The notes under the pieces are model-generated. The model ran no database searches, was not told the DNA's origin, and saw only the letters and a program-made list of their open reading frames with translations. The position numbers and the translations under genes were made by a program. A stretch of 64,000 bases of DNA, taken from contig JBEPZX010000004.1 of assembly GCA_041640635.1 (NCBI GenBank), forward strand, positions 32,279 through 96,278. The letters run 5' to 3'. The stretch is from Aquificaceae bacterium (lineage in GTDB: Bacteria; Aquificota; Aquificia; Aquificales; Aquificaceae). Positions 37,879 through 46,739 of this stretch are shown here, one piece after another (the first letter of the stretch is position 1; every line of letters begins with the position of its first letter).

Positions 37879-38723
37879 GTTCCAAATGTTCCAAGTATGT
37901 AAGAAAGACGTTCCAAGTTTCCCGTAGCAAGAAGTATGCCTAAAACAACCAGCAACAATCCTCCAACGAACTCCACAACACCAAAAAACTTACTAAAGCT
38001 TTTTATAAAGGTTGTAAAGGCAGATATCAAAACCCCAGCCAATAGAAAAGGTATTCCCATTCCCATAGAAAAGGCAAAAAGCATTAAAAACCCTTGCGCA
38101 GCCGTTTCTTGTTGAGAAGCATAGAGCAGTATGGATGCCAAGACTGGACCTATACAAGGACTCCATCCAAAGGCAAAAAATACTCCTATAAAGAAAGCTC
38201 CCAAAATGCCAAATTTATTACTACCCGTTAACTTCATCTGTCTGTATAGCATATTATGGAAGTTTAAGTTGTAAAACACCAAAATTACCAAAAATATAAG
38301 GAGCATACCAACTAAAACATCTTTTGAGATATAGCCAAATCTAAAAAACCCTAGCAAGGCTATTGTTGTTACAAAAGCAATAACCAAAAACTCCTTTAAG
38401 AAGTTCTTCCTCAGAAAAACTCCAGCAAAGTGAAGACCAAAGAAGACTACCAAAGCTCCACCCACTTGAGAGATTATGTACTTGTACTCTCTTAGTAATT
38501 GCCCTATGGTAGTTGCGCCTGCTCCCAGTAGTGAAAATACCAAAGAAAAACCCAATACGAACAAAACACTCGCCAAAAACACTTTCCAGTTAAACCTTTT
38601 TGAAGAAGTAGCGGAAATCCCGGAAATGTAGGCTATATATCCAGGAATTACGGGTAATATACACGGAGATAAAAAAGCTAAAAGCCCACCAGTAAAAGCT
38701 ATAAAAAGTGAAATTTCTTGCAT
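37875..38723 (-). CDS. ccdA: cytochrome c biogenesis disulfide transporter CcdA
   Basis: FLSPCILPVIPGY and FGWSPCIGPVL; likely start MQEIS at 38723. Confidence 0.9.
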   Translation of the reverse strand: MQEISLFIAFTGGLLAFLSPCILPVIPGYIAYISGISATSSKRFNWKVFLASVLFVLGFSLVFSLLGAGATTIGQLLREYKYIISQVGGALVVFFGLHFAGVFLRKNFLKEFLVIAFVTTIALLGFFRFGYISKDVLVGMLLIFLVILVFYNLNFHNMLYRQMKLTGSNKFGILGAFFIGVFFAFGWSPCIGPVLASILLYASQQETAAQGFLMLFAFSMGMGIPFLLAGVLISAFTTFIKSFSKFFGVVEFVGGLLLVVLGILLATGNLERLSYILGTFGT

Positions 38724-38815
38724 AATACAATAATTATTAAGCACTAAGGACTAAAACTTTACTTGACATAAATCATGTTTAATTTTTCAGTTGCGGATGT
38801 TAAAATTACCCTAAA

Positions 38816-39082
38816 ATGAGAAAAGTTTTACCAATTCTTCTCTCCCTGTTATTGACTGTAGTAAGCTTTCAAAATAGCACACACGAACACGAAGACCACC
38901 AAGTTCACTTAGATTGTGCCTTATGTATACTGCAAAACTCCCCTCAAGAAGTTAAGGATACAAAGCTTGAGTATAAATGCATTTATATTACGGTTGTTTA
39001 CATAGAGAAGGGAAAAGAAAAAGCTAATCCAAAGGTTACATACAGTCCAAAAGCATCCGCTAGATCACCTCCTATAGTGTAG
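38816..39082 (+). CDS. DUF2946-like exported leader peptide (His-rich, CxxC, C-terminal RSPP arrest-type motif)
   Basis: Signal-like N-terminus, HEHEDHQVHLDCALC, ends ARSPPIV; lies upstream of a metal-uptake operon. Confidence 0.75.
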   Translation: MRKVLPILLSLLLTVVSFQNSTHEHEDHQVHLDCALCILQNSPQEVKDTKLEYKCIYITVVYIEKGKEKANPKVTYSPKASARSPPIV

Positions 39083-39128
39083 CAAACTTTACAAGGAAAC
39101 TCTAAAAATCAAAAAACTACAGGAGGTG
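39066..39128 (+). promoter_or_regulatory. anti-SD/SD hairpin coupling leader translation to the downstream gene
   Basis: CACCTCCTATAGT (39066-78) is complementary at 12 of 13 positions to ACTACAGGAGGTG (39116-28), which contains the SD. Confidence 0.7.
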
Positions 39129-39133
39129 TTAAC

Positions 39134-40552
39134 ATGAGAAAATTAGCATTATTAAGTGCAATATTTACCTTTAGCTTTGCTTACTCTCAAGAAAGCATAG
39201 AAAGCTTAAAGAAACAATTAGAAGAGCAAAGAAAATTAATACAAGAGCTTGAGAAAAAAATTGAAGCTTTGGAAAAATCCTTAGAAAAGGAAAAAGCTCA
39301 AAAAGAAGTAAAAACACCAAAGGAAGACACAGTAACCAAACCAGCTGACAGAACGTTTGAGCTCAAATATAAATTTGGAGAAAAAAGACAGCCTTATGCA
39401 CTCTTTACTCAGCCTAGTTTCCTGCCTAATATATCTTTGATAATAGACTCTTCGTTTGTTAGCAGAAACATAAGTGATAAAAGCTACGAAGAAAGAGAAA
39501 TTGATAACTTTTTCCATGGACATGGTCACGGTCACGATCATGGGCACGGATTAAACACCAAAAAAGGTTTTAACTTCAACTATGCCGAACTATACTTCTA
39601 TGCACCTGTGGATCCTTACTTTGACCTATACGCAACTGTTCCAATAACTGAGAAGGGAGCTGAGCTAGAAGAAGGTTATTTTGTAACAAGAAGCTTACCA
39701 TTTGGTTTTCAGGTCAAAGGTGGAAAATTTAGAAGCTCCTTTGGAAGGTTTAACCAAAAGCACCCACACGCTTGGGACTTTGCTAAGTCACCTTTGATAT
39801 ACGAAGCTCTCTTTGGAGAAGAGGGACTAGTTGAAAAAGGTGTTCAAATAACATGGCTCGCTCCTACTAAATTTTACCTGCTCTTTGGTGCAGAGGTGCT
39901 ACAAGGTGAGAATGAAAGAAGCTTTGGTTACGAGGGTTTTGAAATTGGCCATGTTGACGTAAAGAACGCAAGCGTCCCTAACCTATACGTTGGATTTGTC
40001 AAAACATCCTACGATATTGGAAATCTATCCTTACTTACTGGACTATCTTACGCCATGGGAAGACATAGAGTGTATCATGTAGATGGTCAAGAAAAACATG
40101 GATTTGCTGGAAGAACAAGAATTTTCGGACTCGATTTAACCGCTAGGTATAATCTGGACTCTTACAGATACATATCCTTCGAAGGAGAATACATATTCAG
40201 AAATGTGAAACGTACAGAGTATGAGTACGATGGCAACATTTTAACATCAGATTACCAAAAACTTAATCAATCAGGCTTTTACACCCAACTTGTTTACAAG
40301 TTCCACAAAAACTGGAGAACGGGCGTAAGGTATGATCTCATAAACAAGAACGAAGAAAACGGAACAAAGGCAACACCTAATCTACCCGCTTACTATGCGA
40401 TGCTCGAGTATCAGCCTACAGAGTTTTCCTACATAAGACTACAGGGGGGTCAAAGCAAAGCATACTATATAGATGGAGTCAGGAGAAAAGTCAACGAAGT
40501 AGTATTGCAGTTCAACCTTGCAATAGGAGCTCATGGAGCTCATCCCTTCTAA
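39134..40552 (+). CDS. outer-membrane beta-barrel protein of a metal-uptake operon, with N-terminal coiled coil and His-rich loop
   Basis: Signal peptide, coiled coil, HGHGHGHDHGH, VDPYF, FGRFNQKHPHAWDF, C-terminal GAHGAHPF. Confidence 0.75.
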   Translation: MRKLALLSAIFTFSFAYSQESIESLKKQLEEQRKLIQELEKKIEALEKSLEKEKAQKEVKTPKEDTVTKPADRTFELKYKFGEKRQPYALFTQPSFLPNISLIIDSSFVSRNISDKSYEEREIDNFFHGHGHGHDHGHGLNTKKGFNFNYAELYFYAPVDPYFDLYATVPITEKGAELEEGYFVTRSLPFGFQVKGGKFRSSFGRFNQKHPHAWDFAKSPLIYEALFGEEGLVEKGVQITWLAPTKFYLLFGAEVLQGENERSFGYEGFEIGHVDVKNASVPNLYVGFVKTSYDIGNLSLLTGLSYAMGRHRVYHVDGQEKHGFAGRTRIFGLDLTARYNLDSYRYISFEGEYIFRNVKRTEYEYDGNILTSDYQKLNQSGFYTQLVYKFHKNWRTGVRYDLINKNEENGTKATPNLPAYYAMLEYQPTEFSYIRLQGGQSKAYYIDGVRRKVNEVVLQFNLAIGAHGAHPF

Positions 40553-40557
40553 AGACT

Positions 40558-40576
40558 GGGCTTTGTGCCCCTTTTT
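40558..40576 (+). terminator. weak intrinsic terminator or stabilising hairpin between the porin and SBP genes
   Basis: GGGC-TTTGT-GCCC then CTTTTT. Confidence 0.4.
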
Positions 40577-40597
40577 ATTTCCTGTAAGGAGGTAAAC

Positions 40598-41479
40598 ATG
40601 AAGAAAGTGTTATTTTTAATATTAGCTTTCATTAGCTTGTCTTTTGCTAAGTTGGAAGTCTTAGTTACTTATCCTTGGATAGAAGACTTGGTAAAGAATG
40701 TAGGTGGTAACCATGTAAACGTTAAAGCTCTAGCAAAAGGCAGTGAAGATCCACATTTTATAGTCCCCAAGCCTTCTTATATAGCAATGGCAAGAAGAGC
40801 TAATCTTCTAATCATAAATGGTGCCAGTTTAGAGATAGGGTTCATACCCGTAATTATTCAGCAGTCTAACAATCCCAATATACAACCAGGAAGGCAAGGG
40901 TTTTTAGATTTGTCTAATTTTGTAGAACTGATCCAAAAACCAGAACGAGTGAGTAGAGACTTGGGAGATGTTCATCCAGAAGGTAATCCTCACTACAATT
41001 TGGATCCCTATAATATCCCTATTCTTGCAAAAGCTATCAAAGAGAGACTATGTATGCTCGATACTAAAAACTGCCCTAGCTATGAATCAAACTTAAATAC
41101 CTTCGTAAGCAAATGGAATACAAAGCTTGCTGAGTGGGATGAAAAAATGAGCAAGACTAGAATTAAGAAGGTTATTCAATATCACAAACAATATGATTAC
41201 TTCTTAAACCGCTATGGTATAGAAACAGTAGCTACAATAGAACCACTCCCAGGCATAAGCCCAAATCCTAGGCATGTGGAAAACTTAATTAAACTCGTAA
41301 AACCACAAAATGTAAACTATATACTACAAAATGTTTATCATGAAAGAAAAACTGCCGAGTATATATCCTCAAAAACTGGTATTCCTTATGTAATACTACC
41401 ACACGACGTGGGTAGCCTTCCAAATATAAAAAACCTTTTTGACCTTTTTGATCACATAGTAAGGAGCTTTGAGAAATGA
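40598..41479 (+). CDS. cluster A-I metal (Zn/Mn/Ni/Co) ABC transporter substrate-binding protein
   Basis: EDPHF, NGASLE, GDVHPEGNPHYNLDP, YH..YDYF, IEPLPGI; ATG at 40598 after AAGGAGGT. Confidence 0.88.
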   Translation: MKKVLFLILAFISLSFAKLEVLVTYPWIEDLVKNVGGNHVNVKALAKGSEDPHFIVPKPSYIAMARRANLLIINGASLEIGFIPVIIQQSNNPNIQPGRQGFLDLSNFVELIQKPERVSRDLGDVHPEGNPHYNLDPYNIPILAKAIKERLCMLDTKNCPSYESNLNTFVSKWNTKLAEWDEKMSKTRIKKVIQYHKQYDYFLNRYGIETVATIEPLPGISPNPRHVENLIKLVKPQNVNYILQNVYHERKTAEYISSKTGIPYVILPHDVGSLPNIKNLFDLFDHIVRSFEK

Positions 41480-42207
41480 TATGGGATATACTTTTTGATG
41501 CCTTTTTGCTTTCTTTAGTCCTTTTAGGCATTCATTCTTACTTTGGAAGGGAAGTAATAAAACGGGGGATGATTTTTGTAGATTTGGCTATAGCGCAAGG
41601 TGCTGCTGCTGGTGTAGCTTTATCTATTTATTTTGAAAAAGAAGAATATGCTTCCGTTTTTTCAGTTATCTTTGCTCTTTTTTCAGGTTTTTTGGTTTAC
41701 GTAGCTGAGCAAAAAGGCAGATACAACGAAGCTGTAATAGGATTGATATACGCTTTTTTTGTTGCTCTTGGATTTTTAATACTTTCCAAGGCAGCTCATG
41801 GCGCAGAAAATTTCCTTAAACTCACAGCATCTGACATTCTTTTTAATTCGAGACTTGATATCCTAAAAGCTGCATTACTCTATAGCATCATAGGAGTTTT
41901 CATATATCTCAAAAACAAGTATGTGAAAGGTAAGCTCAAAGACTTGATTTTTTACGTATTGTTTGCTTTAACTGTTTCAAGTTCTATAAAACTTGCGGGT
42001 GTTTTGGTCGTTTTTTCTTTGCTTTTGGCTCCAGCGCTTATCAGTATTTACCTAAAGAAAAGTCTAACTTTTGCTTGGATGGTAGGGAGTTTAATCAACG
42101 TATCTGCAATTTTTATATCCTATCAAATGGATCTCCCTACCGGCTTTAGTATAGTCTTTTTCCATGCACTTTCCGCACTCTTAACAGTTATAATTTTTAA
42201 ATCATGA
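41476..42207 (+). CDS. metal ABC transporter permease (ABC-3/ZnuB-like)
   Basis: Hydrophobic; RGMIFVDLAIAQ, EAVIG, GVLVVFSLLLAPA, DLPTG. Confidence 0.85.
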   Translation: MIWDILFDAFLLSLVLLGIHSYFGREVIKRGMIFVDLAIAQGAAAGVALSIYFEKEEYASVFSVIFALFSGFLVYVAEQKGRYNEAVIGLIYAFFVALGFLILSKAAHGAENFLKLTASDILFNSRLDILKAALLYSIIGVFIYLKNKYVKGKLKDLIFYVLFALTVSSSIKLAGVLVVFSLLLAPALISIYLKKSLTFAWMVGSLINVSAIFISYQMDLPTGFSIVFFHALSALLTVIIFKS

Positions 42208-44051
42208 GAGAAATATTTATTACCGATCTTTCCTTAAGAGATGGTATACAGTCTCTGCTGGCTACAAGGGTAAGAACCGATGATATGTTGCACATAGTAG
42301 AGATCTTGGACAAATGCGGCTTTTGGTCCTTGGAAGTTTGGGGAGGTGCTACCTTTGATGTTTGCCTCAGATACTTAAAAGAGGATCCTTGGGAAAGGCT
42401 TAGAAAATTCAAAAAACATGCTCCAAACACAAAATTAGAAATGTTACTGAGAGGACAAAATGTAGTAGGTTACAGACATTACGCTGACGATGTTGTAGAG
42501 GAATTTGTAAAAAGGGCGTACGACAACGGAATAGAAGTATTTAGAATATTCGATGCTCTGAACGATACTCGTAATATGAGAAAAGCCATAGAAATAGCCA
42601 AGAAGGTTGGTGCCATTGTAAAAGGAGTTCTTTCTTACACTATAAGTCCTGTGCACACTGTCGAGTATTACGTGAATGTAGCCAAAGAATTGGTGAATAT
42701 GGGTATAGATATAATTTCTATAAAGGATCAGGCAGGTTTGTTGTCGCCTAAAGTTTCTTATGAACTAGTCAAAGCTCTCAAAAGTGAGTTCCTTAATTAT
42801 CCTGTCCATCTTCATACCCAAACTACGGCTGATCTTGCAGAAATGGCTCAGCTAAAAGGTGTAGAGGCTGGAGCTGACATGATAGACACAGCCTTTTACT
42901 CTCTTTCTTGTCAGACATCCCACCCTCCAGGTGAGACTATGATATATGTTCTTAGAGAGTTTGGTTATACAGCCAATGTAAACGAAAAACTTTACCAAGA
43001 GGCAGGAGATTTGTTTAGAGATATTAGAAAGAAGTACAAAAAGTACGATGTACTACCACCTTATCCAGATGTAGGTGTTTTGATACATCAAGTTCCCGGT
43101 GGTATGATAACTAACTTTATAACTCAACTTAGAGAACAAGGAATGGAAGAAAAACTACCTCAGGTACTAGAAGAAGTTGTTCGAGTTAGAGAAGACCTGG
43201 GATACCCTCCACTTGTTACACCAACCAGTCAAATTGTTGGATCTCAAGCAATGCTAAACGTGATGCACGGTGAGAGGTATAAAGTAGTTACCAAAGAAAC
43301 CAAAGACTATGTGAAAGGTTTATACGGGAAACCACCAGCATCCATAAAAGAAGAAATTATCTTAAAAATTCTTGACAATGAAAAACCTATATACGATATA
43401 AGACCGGCGGATCTCCTAGAACCAGAAATACCAAAAATAAAGGATGAAGCGGTAAAGAATGGAGCTAAAACGGAGGAAGATATACTTTCTTATGCTCTGT
43501 TTCCACTTGTTGCCCAAGAGTTCTTTGCTTGGAGAGAAAGTTTTGAAAAAGGAGAAGTTCCACCAATTGTTGCCCAAGAGGAGCTACAAGAAAGTAAAGA
43601 AAAGGTACCAGTGGAGTTTATAGTTACTATACATGGAGAGCAGTACCACGTGCAAATAGCTGGTAGAGGTGAGCCAGCACCAGAAGGTAAAACATTTTTC
43701 ATTAGATTAGATGGAAAATTAGAAGAAGTTGTTGTAAAACCTTTAAGAGAAATTGAAAGTCCAGGAGCAAGTTACGCCGAATTCATACAAGGTGAGATGG
43801 TAAAGCCCAAGAGGCCCAAGCCTATAGGTGTAGGCGACATAACATCACCAATATCTGGTAAGATAACTAATATTAGAGTAACCATAGGACAGGAAGTTAA
43901 AGATGGGGATGTTTTATTTACCGTGGAAGCCATGAAAATGGAAAATGAAATTGCATCACCTGTTGATGGTGTAGTTGAAGAGATATTGGCTCAAGTTGGT
44001 GAAGTAATAAATCCTGATGAGGTCATTATAAGAATAAGACCTAAAATATGA
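42204..44051 (+). CDS. pycB: pyruvate carboxylase subunit B / OadA-like carboxyltransferase with biotinyl domain
   Basis: LRDGIQSLLATR, EVWGGATFD, EDPWERLR, HQVPGGM, LVTPTSQIVG, EAMKM. Confidence 0.8.
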   Translation: MREIFITDLSLRDGIQSLLATRVRTDDMLHIVEILDKCGFWSLEVWGGATFDVCLRYLKEDPWERLRKFKKHAPNTKLEMLLRGQNVVGYRHYADDVVEEFVKRAYDNGIEVFRIFDALNDTRNMRKAIEIAKKVGAIVKGVLSYTISPVHTVEYYVNVAKELVNMGIDIISIKDQAGLLSPKVSYELVKALKSEFLNYPVHLHTQTTADLAEMAQLKGVEAGADMIDTAFYSLSCQTSHPPGETMIYVLREFGYTANVNEKLYQEAGDLFRDIRKKYKKYDVLPPYPDVGVLIHQVPGGMITNFITQLREQGMEEKLPQVLEEVVRVREDLGYPPLVTPTSQIVGSQAMLNVMHGERYKVVTKETKDYVKGLYGKPPASIKEEIILKILDNEKPIYDIRPADLLEPEIPKIKDEAVKNGAKTEEDILSYALFPLVAQEFFAWRESFEKGEVPPIVAQEELQESKEKVPVEFIVTIHGEQYHVQIAGRGEPAPEGKTFFIRLDGKLEEVVVKPLREIESPGASYAEFIQGEMVKPKRPKPIGVGDITSPISGKITNIRVTIGQEVKDGDVLFTVEAMKMENEIASPVDGVVEEILAQVGEVINPDEVIIRIRPKI

Positions 44052-44719
44052 ACATACTGGTTTACGTGGTAGAGGACGATAAAGATTTATCAGAATTACT
44101 CAAGTACAATCTAGAAAAGGATAATTTTTCTGTGGAAATATTTAACAAAGGTTCTGAACTTTTTAAAGCTTTACAGTCAAAAATACCAGATATATTTATA
44201 CTCGACGTTATGTTACCAGATTACGACGGGTTTAGAATAGCCCATTACATAAGATCCAATCCAGAATGGCACAACATACCTATAATATTTTTAACGGCGA
44301 AAGATTCAGAAATGGATAAACTAAAGGGTTTTTCGTCAGGCGGAGATGACTACATAACTAAACCATTTTCTACAAAGGAACTTATAGCTCGCATGAAAGC
44401 TATACTTAGGAGGCTCGGTAAACTAGAGGGTGAAAGTTTGATTAAACTCGGAAGCCTGGAAGTAGATTTAGGTAAAAAGGAAGTAAGAAGAGAGAATCAA
44501 GCACTAAGCTTTACCGTGACAGAGTTCAAAATATTAGAGGCACTTTTAACTAACTACGGCAAACCGTTAAGCAGAGAGTTTTTGATAGAAAAAGTACTAC
44601 AAAAGGAAGTCTATGACAGAACTATCGACGTGCACATAAAAAATTTGAGAGATAAGTTAGGAGAAGAAGGACAGTTTATAAAAACAGTTAGAGGCTTTGG
44701 ATATAAATTAGAAATATGA
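44048..44719 (+). CDS. OmpR/PhoB-family response regulator
   Basis: VVEDD, LDVMLP, FLTAK, DDYITKPF, RTIDVHIKNLR, TVRGFGY. Confidence 0.92.
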   Translation: MNILVYVVEDDKDLSELLKYNLEKDNFSVEIFNKGSELFKALQSKIPDIFILDVMLPDYDGFRIAHYIRSNPEWHNIPIIFLTAKDSEMDKLKGFSSGGDDYITKPFSTKELIARMKAILRRLGKLEGESLIKLGSLEVDLGKKEVRRENQALSFTVTEFKILEALLTNYGKPLSREFLIEKVLQKEVYDRTIDVHIKNLRDKLGEEGQFIKTVRGFGYKLEI

Positions 44720-45861
44720 TTCAGTTTACAATATTTATAACCCTGGTATTATCTATTTATACCATTTTTGTCCTTTACCCTTACTATAGGATAATTAAAC
44801 CTGCGTTTACTAATACTTGGCGCAAAGTCTATCTATTTGTGGCCATCTTAGCCATAGTTTTACTCTTTTTAGGTCGTTACCTCGATAAAAACTACCAATA
44901 TACCTTTTCCTACTGGAGCATCCTTTTAGGACTTTTGTGGTTAGGTTTTTCTGTGTATCTATTCATCTCAACATTACTTATTGATTTATACAACACCTTA
45001 GTAAAACTTTCAAAGAGGTATTTAGGTATAAATCCTTTACCTAGACCTTCTAGCATTGTAGCTCTATCCATAGCCTTATTTCTCTCATTTACCTTATCTG
45101 CATACAGCTATTACGAAACACTTAATCCAAAAGTTATTAAGATAAGCTTATACACTGATAAATTACCTCAACAGAAAGAAAGCATAAAGATCATGCATAT
45201 ATCGGATATTCATTTAGGTCCTGTAATGGGGATGGATAAAATAAGGTTTGTTAAAAAGGTATGGGAACAGGAAAAACCGGACATTATAGTAGATACAGGA
45301 GACTTGGTAGATGGTAACTTAAGGGGCAAAACCTACCTTGCACACGAACTGTCCGAAATGAATGCTCCATTAGGAAAGTTTGCAGTTTTGGGAAACCATG
45401 ATTACTTCAGAGATTGGCAGTATAGCATAGTTTTTATGCAAAAAGCTGGATACAAAGTATTGAGAAACGAAGTAGTGGATGTAGGTCCAATTAAGATAGT
45501 AGGTATCGATGACGATACGTGTAAGGTGGTAAAAGCGTGCATAGGAAGCAATGATGAATATGAAATATTAAGCAAGATAGAAAGGGATAAATTTATACTG
45601 CTTATAAAACATCAACCCAAAGTTCAAACAAGATCCTATGACCTTTTTGACTTAATGCTTTCTGGACATACACACGGTGGCGTATACCTGCCCATTGGTA
45701 AATTGATATTAACTAAGCTATTTGTTGCAGATGCTGGATTTAAAAGGCTTGGTAATAACTCTTACATATTCGTAAGTAAAGGTATAGGGACTGGTGGTCC
45801 ACCAATGAGATTTTTATCTCCACCAGATATAGGTATAATAGAGATAAGAAGGAAAAAGTAA
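44716..45861 (+). CDS. membrane-anchored metallophosphoesterase (YkuE/YaeI-like)
   Basis: N-terminal TM helices; SDIH, TGDLVD, GNHD, HQP, SGHTHGG. Confidence 0.88.
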   Translation: MIQFTIFITLVLSIYTIFVLYPYYRIIKPAFTNTWRKVYLFVAILAIVLLFLGRYLDKNYQYTFSYWSILLGLLWLGFSVYLFISTLLIDLYNTLVKLSKRYLGINPLPRPSSIVALSIALFLSFTLSAYSYYETLNPKVIKISLYTDKLPQQKESIKIMHISDIHLGPVMGMDKIRFVKKVWEQEKPDIIVDTGDLVDGNLRGKTYLAHELSEMNAPLGKFAVLGNHDYFRDWQYSIVFMQKAGYKVLRNEVVDVGPIKIVGIDDDTCKVVKACIGSNDEYEILSKIERDKFILLIKHQPKVQTRSYDLFDLMLSGHTHGGVYLPIGKLILTKLFVADAGFKRLGNNSYIFVSKGIGTGGPPMRFLSPPDIGIIEIRRKK

Positions 45862-46298
45862 CACACCAGAAAGTATTTAATGCTGTTTTTGAAACGAAGG
45901 AACGGAATAATGAAAAAGCCAAGCACTTCTTAAATTACATTCACTTTGTGTATTATGTTGCATGGTAACATAATTCAGTTATTAAAGGATGACTTTGATA
46001 AAATTTTTTTCAAAATTTTTACCTAATACAAGTTTTGAAGACAAGTCTTCCAAGATTTTGGAGCGATCCTCTTTGAAAGCACTAAGTTTGTGGAATACAA
46101 AGACAATGATACTACATAAGACGTATACGAAGATAAAAAATCATAAAAAGTGTAGAAAGGCAAGCGTGTGAATGGGAAAATAACCACAGATTTTTCTCTT
46201 TATTTTTTTACAAAATGCTTAAAAGACTTTAAAAATCTTTGAAATCTACTAAATTATAATTATATCTATATCTTAAGTTGCTAGATAGGGGGTTAAAA

Positions 46299-46733
46299 AT
46301 GGTAAAGCTAGGTGTTTCTTTACTTGTAGGAGCTATGCTCCTTGCAGGCGCATGTGGACAGGTTAGCCAGCAACAATATGAAGGAGCAGCTGTTGGAGCT
46401 GTAGTAGGCGGTATAGCCGGAGCTTTGCTTGATTCAAAAAATAGCTGGCGTGGGGGTGTAATAGGTGCTGGCTTAGGAGCAGTCCTTGGCGCAACACTTG
46501 CAGATATATCTTCTAGAGGATCAAGAGAGGCTTATCAAAGTGGTAGACCGGTTGAATACAGAACTGAGGATGGTAGAGGATACTACAGAGCGGAACCTGT
46601 GGGAGATTACTACTACAAGGATCCTTACACAAAATGTAGAAAGGTATCGGAAAGAGTATACGAAAATGGTAGGCTAATAAAGGATACAGTTAAAGAAATC
46701 TGTGAATCTGAAAAATACGAAAGAAGATACTAA
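46299..46733 (+). CDS. glycine-zipper lipoprotein
   Basis: Lipobox-like AGAC; GAAVGAVVGGIAGAL...GAGLGAVLG; start at 46299 after AGGGGG. Confidence 0.8.
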   Translation: MVKLGVSLLVGAMLLAGACGQVSQQQYEGAAVGAVVGGIAGALLDSKNSWRGGVIGAGLGAVLGATLADISSRGSREAYQSGRPVEYRTEDGRGYYRAEPVGDYYYKDPYTKCRKVSERVYENGRLIKDTVKEICESEKYERRY

Positions 46734-46739
46734 ACAAAA

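Noticed and set aside
39514..39550. Short CAT/CAC-GGN repeat
   Set aside because: It encodes the His-Gly metal-binding loop and is not a DNA repeat element
42204..44051. Possible 2-oxoglutarate carboxylase large subunit (CfiA)
   Set aside because: The RDGIQSLLATR motif and 615-aa length fit PycB/OadA better than CfiA as I recall it, and there are no oadB/oadG neighbours; a phylogeny is needed to settle this
45862..46277. About 400-bp gap with a 60-aa plus-strand ORF, a protein-like minus-strand frame and a GAAGAC-AA-GTCTTC hairpin
   Set aside because: No start with SD, recognisable motif or extended structure; it could be a gene remnant but I cannot support that
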